Source of the DNA: an uncultured Gemmatimonadales bacterium
Lineage (GTDB): Bacteria; Gemmatimonadota; Gemmatimonadetes; Gemmatimonadales; Gemmatimonadaceae
Length of the DNA stretch: 64,000 nt
NCBI GenBank assembly: GCA_963850905.1
Contig: CAWKMU010000004.1
Span: forward strand, 352,001-416,000
Reading direction: 5' to 3'
The notes beneath the pieces are model-generated. The model worked only from the letters and a program-made list of their open reading frames with translations. It did not search any database and had not been told where the DNA came from. Positions 10,213 through 20,026 of this stretch are shown here, piece by piece; position 1 is the first letter of the stretch; each line of letters starts with the position of its first letter. The position numbers and the translations under genes are program-made.

Positions 10213-10427
10213 GATCGACCAACACGCATCACGCTCGCCTCCTGATACAGCACGACCGTACAACCAAGTCGTGTTGCCGCGACCGGGATCCAAACCAAAA
10301 TCGGCCCAGCGCCCAAAGCCGCGATTTGCTGTGGCCGCAACGAACGGCCCGATTGCGCTTCTTCAGCTTCGCCTTACTACGGTAATCGTCGATGCCTGGG
10401 TCGATCCCAAGCCGAGGCGGAGACGCG

Positions 10428-10730
10428 CTACGCGGCTGCGGGCGAGACTTCCCGCGCTATACGCTTGGCGTTCCGGATCTCCGCGACGCGCAGGTCGTAC
10501 GCCGTCTGCAGGTTCATCCAGGAACGAGCGTCACCGCCGAAATAGCGCGCCAACCGCATGGCCGTGTCCACCGACACGCCCCGTCGCCCGCGCACAACGT
10601 CGTTGATACGCGGAGCCGGCACCCTCAACGCCTTGGCCAACGCGTTGGCGCTCATGCCGAGCGGCTTCAGGTAGTCCTCTCGAAGCACTTCGCCCGGATG
10701 GACCGGTCGCATTCCACTCGTGAACATCAT
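10428..10730 (-). CDS. higA: HigA antitoxin (Xre HTH)
   Basis: RPVHPGEVLREDYLKPLGMSANALAKAL..DTAMRLARYFG..WMNLQTAYDL. Confidence 0.95.
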   Translation of the reverse strand: MMFTSGMRPVHPGEVLREDYLKPLGMSANALAKALRVPAPRINDVVRGRRGVSVDTAMRLARYFGGDARSWMNLQTAYDLRVAEIRNAKRIAREVSPAAA

Positions 10731-10732
10731 CG

Positions 10733-11017
10733 CTACCCTCGGTGGTAATCCACCAATTCCACGTCCGTCGGACCTTCCCGCGTCCAGCGAAAACACAGTC
10801 GATATTGGTCGTTCACCCGAATGCTGAATTGCCCCCTCCGGTCCCCCTGCAAGGCCTCCAACCGGTTCCCGGGCGGAGACCGTAAGAACGCGAGCGTCTC
10901 GGCGGCTTCCAACTGTGCCAACTTGCGGGTCGCGACGCGAGCAATCGCTGAGAATCTCTTGGACTTGCCGGTTTCAAATAGGGCTTGCGTATCCGCGCAC
11001 CCGAAGCCCTTGATCAC
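10733..11017 (-). CDS. higB: HigB toxin (RelE/ParE superfamily)
   Basis: IKGF..TQALF..LRSPPGNRLEALQGDRRGQFSIRVNDQYRLCFRW..VELVDYH; toxin-first order. Confidence 0.95.
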   Translation of the reverse strand: MIKGFGCADTQALFETGKSKRFSAIARVATRKLAQLEAAETLAFLRSPPGNRLEALQGDRRGQFSIRVNDQYRLCFRWTREGPTDVELVDYHRG

Positions 11018-11052
11018 AATGTCATGGTATAACGTTTAACGTTCAACGTCAA
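11018..11052 (-). promoter_or_regulatory. Leaderless sigma70 promoter of higBA with AACGTT palindromic operator
   Basis: Minus strand TTGACG-N17-TACCAT-N6-GTG; the spacer holds three AACGT(T/C) units at 7-bp period. Confidence 0.7.
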
Positions 11053-11167
11053 GCAACTGACGGCGTCTCTATGGCCGCACCGAGATTCGCCGCCAGGCCC
11101 TCGCCCAGGCAATGAGTCACCACACCCGATGGGTTCGCTCGGGCGCGCCTCGACCGAGAAAGATGAA

Positions 11168-12260
11168 ATGACGCCGCGCTGTCGCTCGGAAGCCACCGTG
11201 CCTGCGAACGCTCCGACTCCCGACACGGCCGCCATGTCTCGCCCTCACACTCGGCCTTCGACATCTCACCGCGCTCCAGCGCCGCCGGCACCCGGCCGCG
11301 CGCTGTCCGGTCGCGATGCCGCAGTCATCGAGCGATATCTCCGAGTGCGCGCTACTCGCCTCTCTCCCGCATCGCTCCGGGAATACCGCAGCGATCTCAC
11401 GCAGTTCGCCCATGCCATTGGCCGCCGACGCTCGCTCCTCACCGCCTCCGCCGACGACGCCGCCACCTGGTTCGGCGCGCACACCCGCGACGACAACGAC
11501 CCGTCCGACCGGCGGCCCTGGTCCGTCCGCACAGCCCACCGCCGGCGCGACACCCTCCTAGGCTTCTATCGTTGGCTGCTCCGCGAACGCCTTGTCCGCA
11601 GCAACCCCGTCGAGTCCGTCGAGCTCCCCCGCTTCTACCGCCGAGCGCCGCAGCTCATCTCCCTGACAGACATAGAACGCATCTTCACCTACGCAGAAAC
11701 CCGGCTCGCGGCCGCCGACAAACCCGACACGGCACTCCTCACGCGCGATATCGCAGTCCTCCGGCTCATGGAGCGCCTCGCACTCCGTGTCTCCGAGGCC
11801 AACGGCATCCGACTCTCCCGGCTCTCCACCACCGACGGCGAGCTCCGTGCCTGGATTGCCAAGAAAGGGAAACAAGCCGGCTGCCTATCCGATCACCGGC
11901 ATCGTCGGCCAGGCCTTCGTGCGCTGGCTCAAAGTGCGCAGCGCCATGACGCCCGCCGTCGGACACGAGGATTTCGTCTTCCTCCACCCCACCTCGGGCC
12001 GACGGATCACTCGCAAACAGATCTCGGCCCGCCTCCGTGTCCTCGCCCGCGCCGCGGGCCTCGACGCAGTCGTCGTTCGGGCGCTCTCTCCTCACAAGCT
12101 TCGACACGCCCGGGCCCGCGCGATGCTCGCCTCCGGCTTCCACATCGCCGCCGTCCAGAGCGTCCTCGGTCACGCCTCGATCCGCACCACCCAGATCTAT
12201 GTCGAGGAGGCCGAGCTCACGCGCCTCGACACGCTCCGCGCTCTGAGCGCCCGGACCTAA
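11168..12260 (+). CDS. Tyrosine recombinase (XerC/D-like), copy 1; apparent +1 frameshift near 11865
   Basis: N-terminal SAM-like domain (IERYL..SLREYRSDL), ALRVSE (R), AKKGNK (K), PHKLRH (HxxR), LGH, TTQIY (Y) across two frames; start 11168 or 11234. Confidence 0.88.
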
Positions 12261-12296
12261 AGGGAAGACCGTCAGGAGTGCCGTGGAACCGGACCA

Positions 12297-12701
12297 CTAC
12301 ACGCCAGTGCTCCAATCCTCCAGCACCAGGCCGGGCACTCTCGTGAACTCCGCTTGGTTACAGGACACGAGCGTGTGCTGCTGGGCCATCGCGACACTCG
12401 CGATGATCAGGTCGCGTTCCCCGATCGGACGGGCCCGAAGCGCCCAGCGTAGCTCCGCGTGCCAGCGCGCCGCCTCGCTGTCGAACGGCAGTCGCTCGAT
12501 CGGCGCCGACAGGAAAGCCTCGATCCGGGCCAGGCCGGCCGGAGGATTGCTGCTGTTCCGCGCTCCGTAGCGGAGCTCGGCCTCGGTCATCGTCGTCACC
12601 GCTACCTCGTCAGGCGACCGAGCACGCACGCGAGACCAGACTGGCTCCCGCTCGCGCAACACACAGATGACCGTATCGGTATCCAGGATGTACCTGTCCA
12701 C
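12297..12701 (-). CDS. vapC: VapC PIN-domain toxin
   Basis: YILDTDTVI, MTEAELRYG, IGERDLIIASVA, LVSCNQAEFTRVPGLVLEDW. Confidence 0.93.
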   Translation of the reverse strand: MDRYILDTDTVICVLREREPVWSRVRARSPDEVAVTTMTEAELRYGARNSSNPPAGLARIEAFLSAPIERLPFDSEAARWHAELRWALRARPIGERDLIIASVAMAQQHTLVSCNQAEFTRVPGLVLEDWSTGV

Positions 12702-12702
12702 G

Positions 12703-13053
12703 TCAGCCTTTCGGGCGGCGCCGACGGGTCGCGGCGCGGCTACCGCGCTTTCGCCGCGTGCCCGCCCCCGCCGGATCGGGGCCCTCGCTTTCGAGTGCCG
12801 CGAGCCGCGCCTCGCGGTCGATCGACGGCGGCAGCGGCGGCGGGACGACCATGTCGTCCGGCATCGGCGCGAGATTCGTCAGACGCTCCCAATACCCGAC
12901 CGGCCATGCACGCCCCTCCAGCGGCTCGAGCAACACCCCCCGGCCAAGCCGACGAACACTCACCACCGTGCCCGGCAACCGAAATTCCTTCGGCAGCCGA
13001 ACTGCCTGGCTCCCCCCGTTCGTGAAGAGCGTCGCCGTCTTCCCGTCGGCCAT
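12703..13053 (-). CDS. vapB: VapB antitoxin (AbrB/SpoVT-type)
   Basis: ATLFTNGGSQAVRLPKEFR..VRRLGRGVLLEP; directly upstream of vapC. Confidence 0.92.
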   Translation of the reverse strand: MADGKTATLFTNGGSQAVRLPKEFRLPGTVVSVRRLGRGVLLEPLEGRAWPVGYWERLTNLAPMPDDMVVPPPLPPSIDREARLAALESEGPDPAGAGTRRKRGSRAATRRRRPKG

Positions 13054-13069
13054 GTGCCCCTCCGATCTA

Positions 13070-13088
13070 TGTATATATAGTATATACA
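13070..13088. promoter_or_regulatory. Palindromic operator of vapBC
   Basis: TGTATATA-TAG-TATATACA perfect 8-3-8 inverted repeat just upstream of vapB. Confidence 0.7.
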
Positions 13089-13123
13089 CTCGCGCCGCCG
13101 AAAGCAACGTTCCGCACGCGACC

Positions 13124-13561
13124 CTAGGCGCGTCGCGGACGCCGGGTTCGAGGCGCTGGGCCAAACGGATTGAGGACCGCGACCCCCGACGGGGCGAAGT
13201 GAGCCTCGTTGCGGGTCACGACAGTCAAGCCTCGCTCGATCGCGCTCGCCGCCAGTAGCATGTCGACGGGGAACTGCGGATGGTCGTCGACGAGTCGGCC
13301 CCAGCGCAGGGCGATTGCCGCGTCGATCGGCAGTACGCGCTCTCCGTAATCAGCCGTCAGGCGTTCGAGCCACGCCGCCAGTGCCTGCGCATGGGGCTGT
13401 CCCGTGCGTCCGCTTTTCGCTACGCCCTTCGCGATCTCGCCCAGCGTGATGACGCTCAGATACGTGGAGTCCGGAGGCACATTGCCGATCCAAGCCAGTA
13501 CGCGCTGGTCTGGGCGCGGGCGCCGGAGTTCCGACACGATATTGGTGTCGAGAAGGTACAC
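13124..13561 (-). CDS. vapC: VapC PIN-domain toxin (second)
   Basis: YLLDTNIVSELRR, LSVITLGEIAKG, VDMLLAASA..LTVVTRNEAHF..LNPF. Confidence 0.93.
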   Translation of the reverse strand: MYLLDTNIVSELRRPRPDQRVLAWIGNVPPDSTYLSVITLGEIAKGVAKSGRTGQPHAQALAAWLERLTADYGERVLPIDAAIALRWGRLVDDHPQFPVDMLLAASAIERGLTVVTRNEAHFAPSGVAVLNPFGPAPRTRRPRRA

Positions 13562-13575
13562 GGTGCGCGTCCAGA

Positions 13576-13845
13576 CTAGAGATCAATGTCGCGGAGCTGG
13601 AGCGGAATACGCTCTATGTCACTCTCTCCGGAGTCGACTCGCGGGATCGCCTGCAGAAAACTCTCGAACGGGACTCGCGGCGCATGGATCAGCCCAGCAA
13701 CCCGTGCGTAGTCCTCATACGAAAGAACGACGGCCGTCTCGACGCCCCGCCGCGTCACCACTTGCGGTCCCCGTTTCGCCGCGTCGACGACTTCACTCAG
13801 CTTGTTTTTGGCGTCCTGGAGAGACCACCGCTTGGTCGCGCCCAC
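13576..13845 (-). CDS. Phd/YefM-family antitoxin
   Basis: WSLQDAKNKLSEVVDAA..GPQVVTRRGVETAVVLSYEDY. Confidence 0.93.
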   Translation of the reverse strand: MGATKRWSLQDAKNKLSEVVDAAKRGPQVVTRRGVETAVVLSYEDYARVAGLIHAPRVPFESFLQAIPRVDSGESDIERIPLQLRDIDL

Positions 13846-13863
13846 TGGCTTCGCTCCTGTAGT

Positions 13864-13884
13864 AGCTAGCTGTCCAAGCTAGCT
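13864..13884. promoter_or_regulatory. Operator of the phd-vapC pair
   Basis: AGCTAGCT-GTCCA-AGCTAGCT: two 8-bp palindromes upstream of phd. Confidence 0.65.
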
Positions 13885-13960
13885 TGCAGGGCTCCATTCT
13901 GCAAGCCTTCGACCCGTCGTGCTGGTAACGCCCCAGGAGCAAGCCGCTGCCGCTCCCAAA

Positions 13961-15049
13961 ATGACGCTCCGCTGTCGCCGCGCCCTCACCGTGGTTCGTC
14001 GCCGACGTCGCCCCCGCGCGCACAACCCTGCCCCACCCTCAGCCTCCCCTACCTCGCCGTTCACGACGCCGCGCCCGAGCACCCGCCCGGCCACCGTCGG
14101 CGCGCGATACCGCGCTCATCGAACGCTACCTCCGCGTTCGCGGCACCCGCCTCGCTCGCACGACCGCCCACGAATACCGCGGCGACCTCAAGACACTTCG
14201 CGGACGTCTATGCGCCGGCGCTCACTGCTCTCCACGACACCCGACGACATCGCCGCCTGGTTTCACGCCCACACCCGCGACGACAGCGACCCGACCGACC
14301 CGCGCCGCTGGTCCGTCCGCACCGCACACCGACGCCGCGATACCCTCATGGGATTCTTTCGCTGGGCACTCCGCGAACGACTCGTCCGCCGCAATCCCGT
14401 CGAGTCGGTCGAGCTCCCCCGCTTCTACCGCCGACCACCACGGCTCGTCTCACTCGCCGAGATCGAACGCATCTTCACCTACGCCGAGGCCCGCCTCGCT
14501 GCCGTCGATACGCCAGACATGGCGCTCCTCACGCTCGATGTCGCCGTCCTCCGCCTCATGGAACGACTCGCCCTGCGCGTCTCCGAGGCCGCCGGGATCC
14601 GAATCTCCCGACTCTCCACCACCGACGGCGAGCTCCGCGCCTGGATCGCAAAAAAGGGAAACAAGCCGGCCGCGTACCCGATCACCGGCATCGTCGGTGA
14701 GGCGTTCGTGCGCTGGCTCAAAGCGCGCGCCACGCTGACGCCCGCGACGGGACACGAGGACTTCATCTTCCTCCATCCCGCCCTGGGCCGACGGATCACG
14801 CGCTACCAGATCTGGGCGCGACTCCGCGTCCTCGCCCGCGCGGCCGGCCTCGGCGAGCTCGTGGTCCAGTCGCTCTCACCCCACAAGCTCCGACACGCCC
14901 GGGCCCGCGCAATGCTCGCCGCTGGCTTTCACATCGCCGCCGTCCAAAGCGTCCTCGATCACGCGTCGATTCGCACGACCCAGGTCTACGTCGAGGACGC
15001 TGAGCTCACTCGGCTCGACACCCTGCGCGCCCTCAGCGCGCCCACATAA
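13961..15049 (+). CDS. Tyrosine recombinase (XerC/D-like), copy 2; N-terminal part out of frame around 14105-14210
   Basis: Close paralog of copy 1 (WSVRTAHRRRDTL, NPVESVELPRFYRR, ALRVSE, AKKGNKPAAYPITG, PHKLRH, LDH, TTQVY); the homologous RDTALIERYLRVR segment is in another frame. Confidence 0.88.
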   Translation: MTLRCRRALTVVRRRRRPRAHNPAPPSASPTSPFTTPRPSTRPATVGARYRAHRTLPPRSRHPPRSHDRPRIPRRPQDTSRTSMRRRSLLSTTPDDIAAWFHAHTRDDSDPTDPRRWSVRTAHRRRDTLMGFFRWALRERLVRRNPVESVELPRFYRRPPRLVSLAEIERIFTYAEARLAAVDTPDMALLTLDVAVLRLMERLALRVSEAAGIRISRLSTTDGELRAWIAKKGNKPAAYPITGIVGEAFVRWLKARATLTPATGHEDFIFLHPALGRRITRYQIWARLRVLARAAGLGELVVQSLSPHKLRHARARAMLAAGFHIAAVQSVLDHASIRTTQVYVEDAELTRLDTLRALSAPT

Positions 15050-15162
15050 GCCCCGATCCCCTCGCCACGTGGCCCGCTTGAGATCCCACGTCGCCCGACG
15101 CTGACGTGGGCGAGACCCGATCCGAAGAGCGATGCAGACGTCACACCCTAATGCGCGCAAAG

Positions 15163-15197
15163 TTGCCAAACCCAAGCGGCTTGGGTATATTCCTCCG
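15163..15197 (+). promoter_or_regulatory. Leaderless promoter with palindromic operator
   Basis: TTGCCA-N17-TATATT-N6-GTG; ACCCAAGC-G-GCTTGGGT palindrome at 15170-15186. Confidence 0.72.
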
Positions 15198-15452
15198 GTG
15201 ACCGGCCTCCGCATTGGAGAGGTGCAATTTCGGGTCTACCCGCAGGACCACCCGCCGCGTCACGTCCACGGGTTGATCGGTTCCGGCTACGTCATCGTCG
15301 ACCTGAAACTCGATGGAATGGTCGCGTTGGCTGACCGATCGGACGCAGTTCGAAAGGCCACGCGATCTGAAGTTCGGAAGGTACTCGAGGCCGCGGCCGC
15401 CGGGTTCGATCGGCTGGTCGCAGCGTGGGAGAGGATGCATGATGGCGAATGA
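15198..15452 (+). CDS. DUF4160-family protein (predicted TA component)
   Basis: FRVYPQDHPPRHVH and C-terminal LVAAWERMH. Confidence 0.82.
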   Translation: MTGLRIGEVQFRVYPQDHPPRHVHGLIGSGYVIVDLKLDGMVALADRSDAVRKATRSEVRKVLEAAAAGFDRLVAAWERMHDGE

Positions 15453-16005
15453 AGGTCACCCGATCACGACAACGGATGCAGAGATCACCGCGGCAATTGC
15501 GCGCGGCGAGCACACCCCGGCACCGTACGCTCAGAAGGTCTGGTACGACGCGAAAAGGGATGCCATCGTCGCGCGTATCGTGAGCCCCGGAGTCGTTGGA
15601 CCTCTGGACGTACCGTTCACACGACAGCGGATGCAGGGACTCCAAAGGGCGACGCCCGACGAGCTGTCGCATATGGAGCTCGAAGGTGATGGGACCGGCA
15701 TAGTGTGGCCGGCGTTGGATGTCGCGCACTACATCCCCGGTCTGCTCGCCGGTGTCTTCGGAACCGCTCGCTGGATGGCCGCGCTCAATGGGCGCCGCGG
15801 GGGCCAGAATAGGTCCTTGGCAAAAGCCATGGCGGCTCGAGCAAACGGCGCGAAGGGTGGTCGCCCGCCGGCCCGACAACGGACGACCGCCGCACGTCGC
15901 GTTGGGACTCGCAGCTACAAAAAGCCCATCAAGAAATCCCCTGTGGGCAAGCGTCGCCAGCGGACGAGAACCGAGCAGCCGCGGAAGCCAGAGGCTTCCT
16001 CATAG
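15439..16005 (+). CDS. DUF2442-family protein (predicted TA partner)
   Basis: QGLQRATPDELSHMELEGDGTGIVWPALDVAHYIPGLLAGVFGT..AKAMAARANGAKGGRP; overlaps the DUF4160 stop. Confidence 0.85.
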   Translation: MMANEGHPITTTDAEITAAIARGEHTPAPYAQKVWYDAKRDAIVARIVSPGVVGPLDVPFTRQRMQGLQRATPDELSHMELEGDGTGIVWPALDVAHYIPGLLAGVFGTARWMAALNGRRGGQNRSLAKAMAARANGAKGGRPPARQRTTAARRVGTRSYKKPIKKSPVGKRRQRTRTEQPRKPEASS

Positions 16006-16169
16006 CGCTGTGGTCGATTTGCGCAATCTCGACACGCTGAAGAGAGCGACTGGAAAGCCGCTCTCGGCCTCTCAAAGCCACTAGGCATTCTCGTCGATCC
16101 ACGATGCGAGTCGATGGGTCGCAAGCGCGAGCGGATTGGCCTCGGTACGAGATGAGGTGACCCGCTTGG

Positions 16170-18876
16170 TTACAGGGTCTCCAACCCCGGGACCGCCCTC
16201 ACCTCGAACGTCGCGCTGCTCTTCTCTTTGCCGTACGTCACGGTCGCGATGTAGGTCCCGGGATGGACGTACTTCGCACCCTCGCCGCCTTCGTACGACG
16301 CCAGGACGTCCTTGCTGCGCTTGAGGTCCCACACGACCCGATTGAGACCGGCGATCGAGAGACCGACTAGATGCGCGATAGGGCGGCCCTCTTTGGTGGT
16401 GATCGCGATCTTCACACTGTCGCCCGTTGCCTGACTCAAGTAGTAGGTCAGGATCGCGCCGTTCGGCGGGTTCTCCCCTCTGAACTGTCCGCTCCCCGTC
16501 CATTCGTCGTAACTGGGCAGCGGCTCGGATTCGACCGCCGTGTCGGGGACGAAGAGATGGACGGGCTCTTTCATCACTTGTCGCGTGAGCTGGGTGATGG
16601 GTCGGATCCGATCCACGATGTACAGACCCCGTCCCTGGGTCGCGATCACCAGGGAGTGTGTGGTCGGCTCGACCACGATGTCGGCGACCGCCACGGTCGG
16701 CAAATCCCCGAACGCAGACCACGACTTCCCCCGATCGAGCGACAGCCACAAACCATGTTCCGTCCCCGCGTACAGCACGTCGGCGTTGTCAGGATCCTCC
16801 CGCACGAGTCGCACGGGCTCGTCGGCCGGCACGTTCGCGGCAATGCTCTGCCAGGTCGCACCCCCGTCCGCAGTCCGATACGCCAGCGGGGCATAATTGC
16901 CATCGTGCTGTCCATCCCACGCGACGTAGGCCACGTTTGCGTCGGTATGGCTCGCCTCAACGCGGCTCACGAGATGGCCGCGCGCAGGCTGGGGAATCGT
17001 CGCCGTGAGGTCGGACCAGTGCCCGCCGTCATCCACGGTGCGCCACAGCTTCCCGTCGTCGGTTCCAGCCCACAACTCCCCCGCCTTCACAGGCGATTCG
17101 GCAATCGTGTACACGACACCGTAGCTCTCCGCACCGCTGCCGACGGCCTGCATTCTCGCGAGATCTTTGGTCGACAGGTCCGGCGAAATCACCTGCCAGT
17201 GCTCCGCTCGATCGGTCAACTTGAAGATGACGTTGCCGCCGAGATACATCGTGCCCGGCACGTGCGCGCTCATGATGAGCGGCGCAAGCCAGTGGTAGCG
17301 GAACGCCGGCTCTCCCTCGTTGGGCTCCGGTCTCAAATTCCTGAGCTGGCCGCTCCGGAGATCGAGGCGCACCAGGTCCGCACGCTGTGACTCGAAGTAG
17401 ACAATCGCGGAGTCCCTGGGATCGAACGCGCAGTACGAGCCGTCACCGCCGCTCAGCGTCTGCCAATCCCCATCGCGGATCTCTTCCTTGCTCCGCGTGG
17501 CGCTCGGCCCCACCCAGTTCGTGTTGTCCTGCAACCCGCCGCAAATCCGAAACGGCGTCGATCGGTCGACGTTGATCCGATAGAACTCCCCGACCGCGAA
17601 CTTCGCCAGATGGTCCCACGCAACGCCGCGATTGAAGGACTGGTACAGGCCTCCGTCATTGCCGATCAGCACGTGTTCGTGATCGACAGGATCGATGGCG
17701 AGCGCGTGGTTGTCGGGATGGAGGTGCTTGCCGAGGTCCTCACGCCACGTCGTCCCGCCATCGTCGGAGACGAGCAGCACGAAGCTCAGGAGATAGACAC
17801 GCGAGCGAGTCGGCCGGATCGACCCGGACCTGACTGAAATAAAAGGGTCGCGGATCGAGCTTCGATACACGCGTCCAGTGCTCGCCACCGTCGCCCGTGC
17901 GAAAGACCCCGCCTTCCTTGCTCAGCGACTCGTCGAGGCCGACCGTCCCACCCGAGTCGCTCTGCACGACAGCGAACAGGATGCGAGGCTGGCTCGCGTC
18001 GAGCGACAGCCCGATCCGGCCGGTTTGCGTCGGCAACCCGTTCGTGAGCTTGTGCCACGTGACGCCGCCGTCAGTGGTCTTGAAGATGCCTCCCAGATCC
18101 TTGCCGTCCGTCGCCGGCGCCCCGTACGTGAATGACCACGGTCGGCGCCGGCGCGCATAGAGCGTCGCGTACACGACGTTCGGGTTCGAGGGGTCGATCA
18201 CGACGTCACCGGCACCGACCCGATCATCGTAGGGCGCGGGAGCGGCCAGCACTTTCTTCCACGTCGCGCCGGCGTCGGTCGTCTTGTACAGCCCACGCTC
18301 AGCACTCGACATCCAGAGATCGCCGATGACCGCGACGTACGCCGTCTTGGGGTCAGTCGGGTGCACCGCAATCCGGGCAATCGCCTTGCTGTCTTTGAGT
18401 CCGACGTTGACCCAGGTGGTGCCCGTGTCTGTCGAGCGATAGACGCCATCGCCCCACGTCCCCGAGTTCCGATCGTTGGCCTCACCGGTGCCGACCCAGA
18501 TCACCGTCGGGTCGGATGCCGCCACAGCAACGTCGCCAATGCTGGCGACGTTCTCGTGCGCAAAGATCGGCTTGAATGTGATGCCGTTGTCGGAGGTCTT
18601 CATGATGCCGCCCATCCCAAACCCCACATAAAACCGACTGGGTCGTTTAGGGTCGAACGCAATGCTGGAGACACGTCCTCCCATGACCGCGGGACCAATG
18701 CTCCGCGCTTCTATACCATGAGGCAGGACCAGCGTCGTCGTGTCACTGCGCCGAGCGCGCGACCCCTGGGACTGGTCGGGCCGGCCGCGACTGGTGTCGC
18801 GCTGACCACCGGCCGCGGCAACGGCGATGGCCGACACGAGCATCGCCGCGCACGAGAGAGGAAATCGTCTGAGCAT
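16170..18876 (-). CDS. Secreted BNR/Asp-box (VPS10-like) beta-propeller protein; apparent frameshift near 17805
   Basis: RSIGPAVMGGRVS, repeated S/T-x-D-G-G-x-T-W boxes, GGLQDN, GGDG, ISPDLS, VIATQGRG. Confidence 0.88.
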
Positions 18877-19094
18877 TGGGGGCTTGTCGAGAGGGCCGCT
18901 GAGCCGTGCTAGCTCACGAGGGCGAAAAGAATAGCTCGTCCGCCGAAGCCTCGGCAAGCAAAGGAGCGACACCTTGCTCGCACTCTGGTCCCTGACCCCA
19001 CCGTTCCTTACGTCAGGCTTTGCACCATGGCCCACACCATGCAGCGACAGGCATGGCTCGGTCGAAAAAGAGACCATCCACACGGAGGCGAACG

Positions 19095-19472
19095 ATGCTT
19101 GCAGACAGGAAGGCCCTGGCAACGGTCCCGGTCAAGAGCCTGGCGAAGGCGCGACCCTTCTACGAGCGGACACTTGGCCTCCAGCCGATCGGGACGAGCG
19201 AGCCAGGCGTGCAGAATTATCGAGCCGGTGACTCCACGATCGTCGTCTACGAATCCGCATTCGCCGGGACCAATCAGGCGACCGCCGTCACCTGGCCGTT
19301 GGGCGACGATCTGGAGCCGGTCGTGCGTGACCTCAAGGCCAAAGGCGTCGCCTTCGAACACTATGACCTGCCGGGCATCACGCTCCAAGGCGACGTCCAC
19401 GTCGCGGGCCGCACACGAGTCGCGTGGTTCAAGGATCCGGACGGGAACATCATCAATATCGGGAACTACTGA
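19095..19472 (+). CDS. VOC/glyoxalase-family protein
   Basis: ARPFYERTLGL, AGTNQATA, AWFKDPDGNII; RBS GGAGG upstream. Confidence 0.9.
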   Translation: MLADRKALATVPVKSLAKARPFYERTLGLQPIGTSEPGVQNYRAGDSTIVVYESAFAGTNQATAVTWPLGDDLEPVVRDLKAKGVAFEHYDLPGITLQGDVHVAGRTRVAWFKDPDGNIINIGNY

Positions 19473-19529
19473 CCACACACTTCGCCACCCTCGACAGTCG
19501 GTCGGCGGGCGCGGGCGAGGTGTGACCTC

Positions 19530-20018
19530 TCAGACCGGTCTCCGACTGCCGCGCTGCAGCGCCAGCAGGGCCTCCAGCTCGATCAAATGCTCCAGGTCTC
19601 TCCCTCGGCCAGCCGCCCGCTTCGTGGCGATCAACGCCGGCAAAGTCAGAACGCGGAACTCGGTCTCCCCGACGGTAACGAGTTCCGAGTGCGCGAGGGC
19701 CTCGACGTAGGTTCCAAGTCCGGGCACTCGATCAATGAGATCGATGTCGCCGACATCCGTCGTCAGCGTCATCACGGGCGCGCTGCGCAGCGCCCGGATA
19801 TCGAGCACGAACGGGAGGCCGAGCTCCACCCCCCGCAGATACGCGTGCCAGTCCGTCAGGACACCGACGAGTCGCTCCATGCTGTCGGCAGCGGTATCGT
19901 AGCAGAGGTCGATGTCGTTCGTGAAGCGCGCCGACCCGTGAACCGTGGCCGCTACTCCGCCGATGACCACGAAGCGCACACCGGCTGCGATCAGTGCCGC
20001 CACGATCTGCTCGAACAC
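19530..20018 (-). CDS. Nucleotidyltransferase (AbiEii/MenT-like, predicted toxin)
   Basis: VVIGGVAATVHGSARFTNDIDL (GG..DxD) and LIATKRAAGRGRD. Confidence 0.8.
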   Translation of the reverse strand: MFEQIVAALIAAGVRFVVIGGVAATVHGSARFTNDIDLCYDTAADSMERLVGVLTDWHAYLRGVELGLPFVLDIRALRSAPVMTLTTDVGDIDLIDRVPGLGTYVEALAHSELVTVGETEFRVLTLPALIATKRAAGRGRDLEHLIELEALLALQRGSRRPV

Positions 20019-20026
20019 GGGCGGCG

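Noticed and set aside
11858..11875. Programmed frameshift at AAGAAAGGGAAAC in recombinase 1
   Set aside because: It needs a +1 shift rather than the canonical -1; the paralog is in frame here and similar insertions occur throughout the window
11168..15049. Calling the recombinases xerC/xerD or intI
   Set aside because: No dif site, housekeeping context or integron-integrase insertion recognised; left as generic tyrosine recombinases
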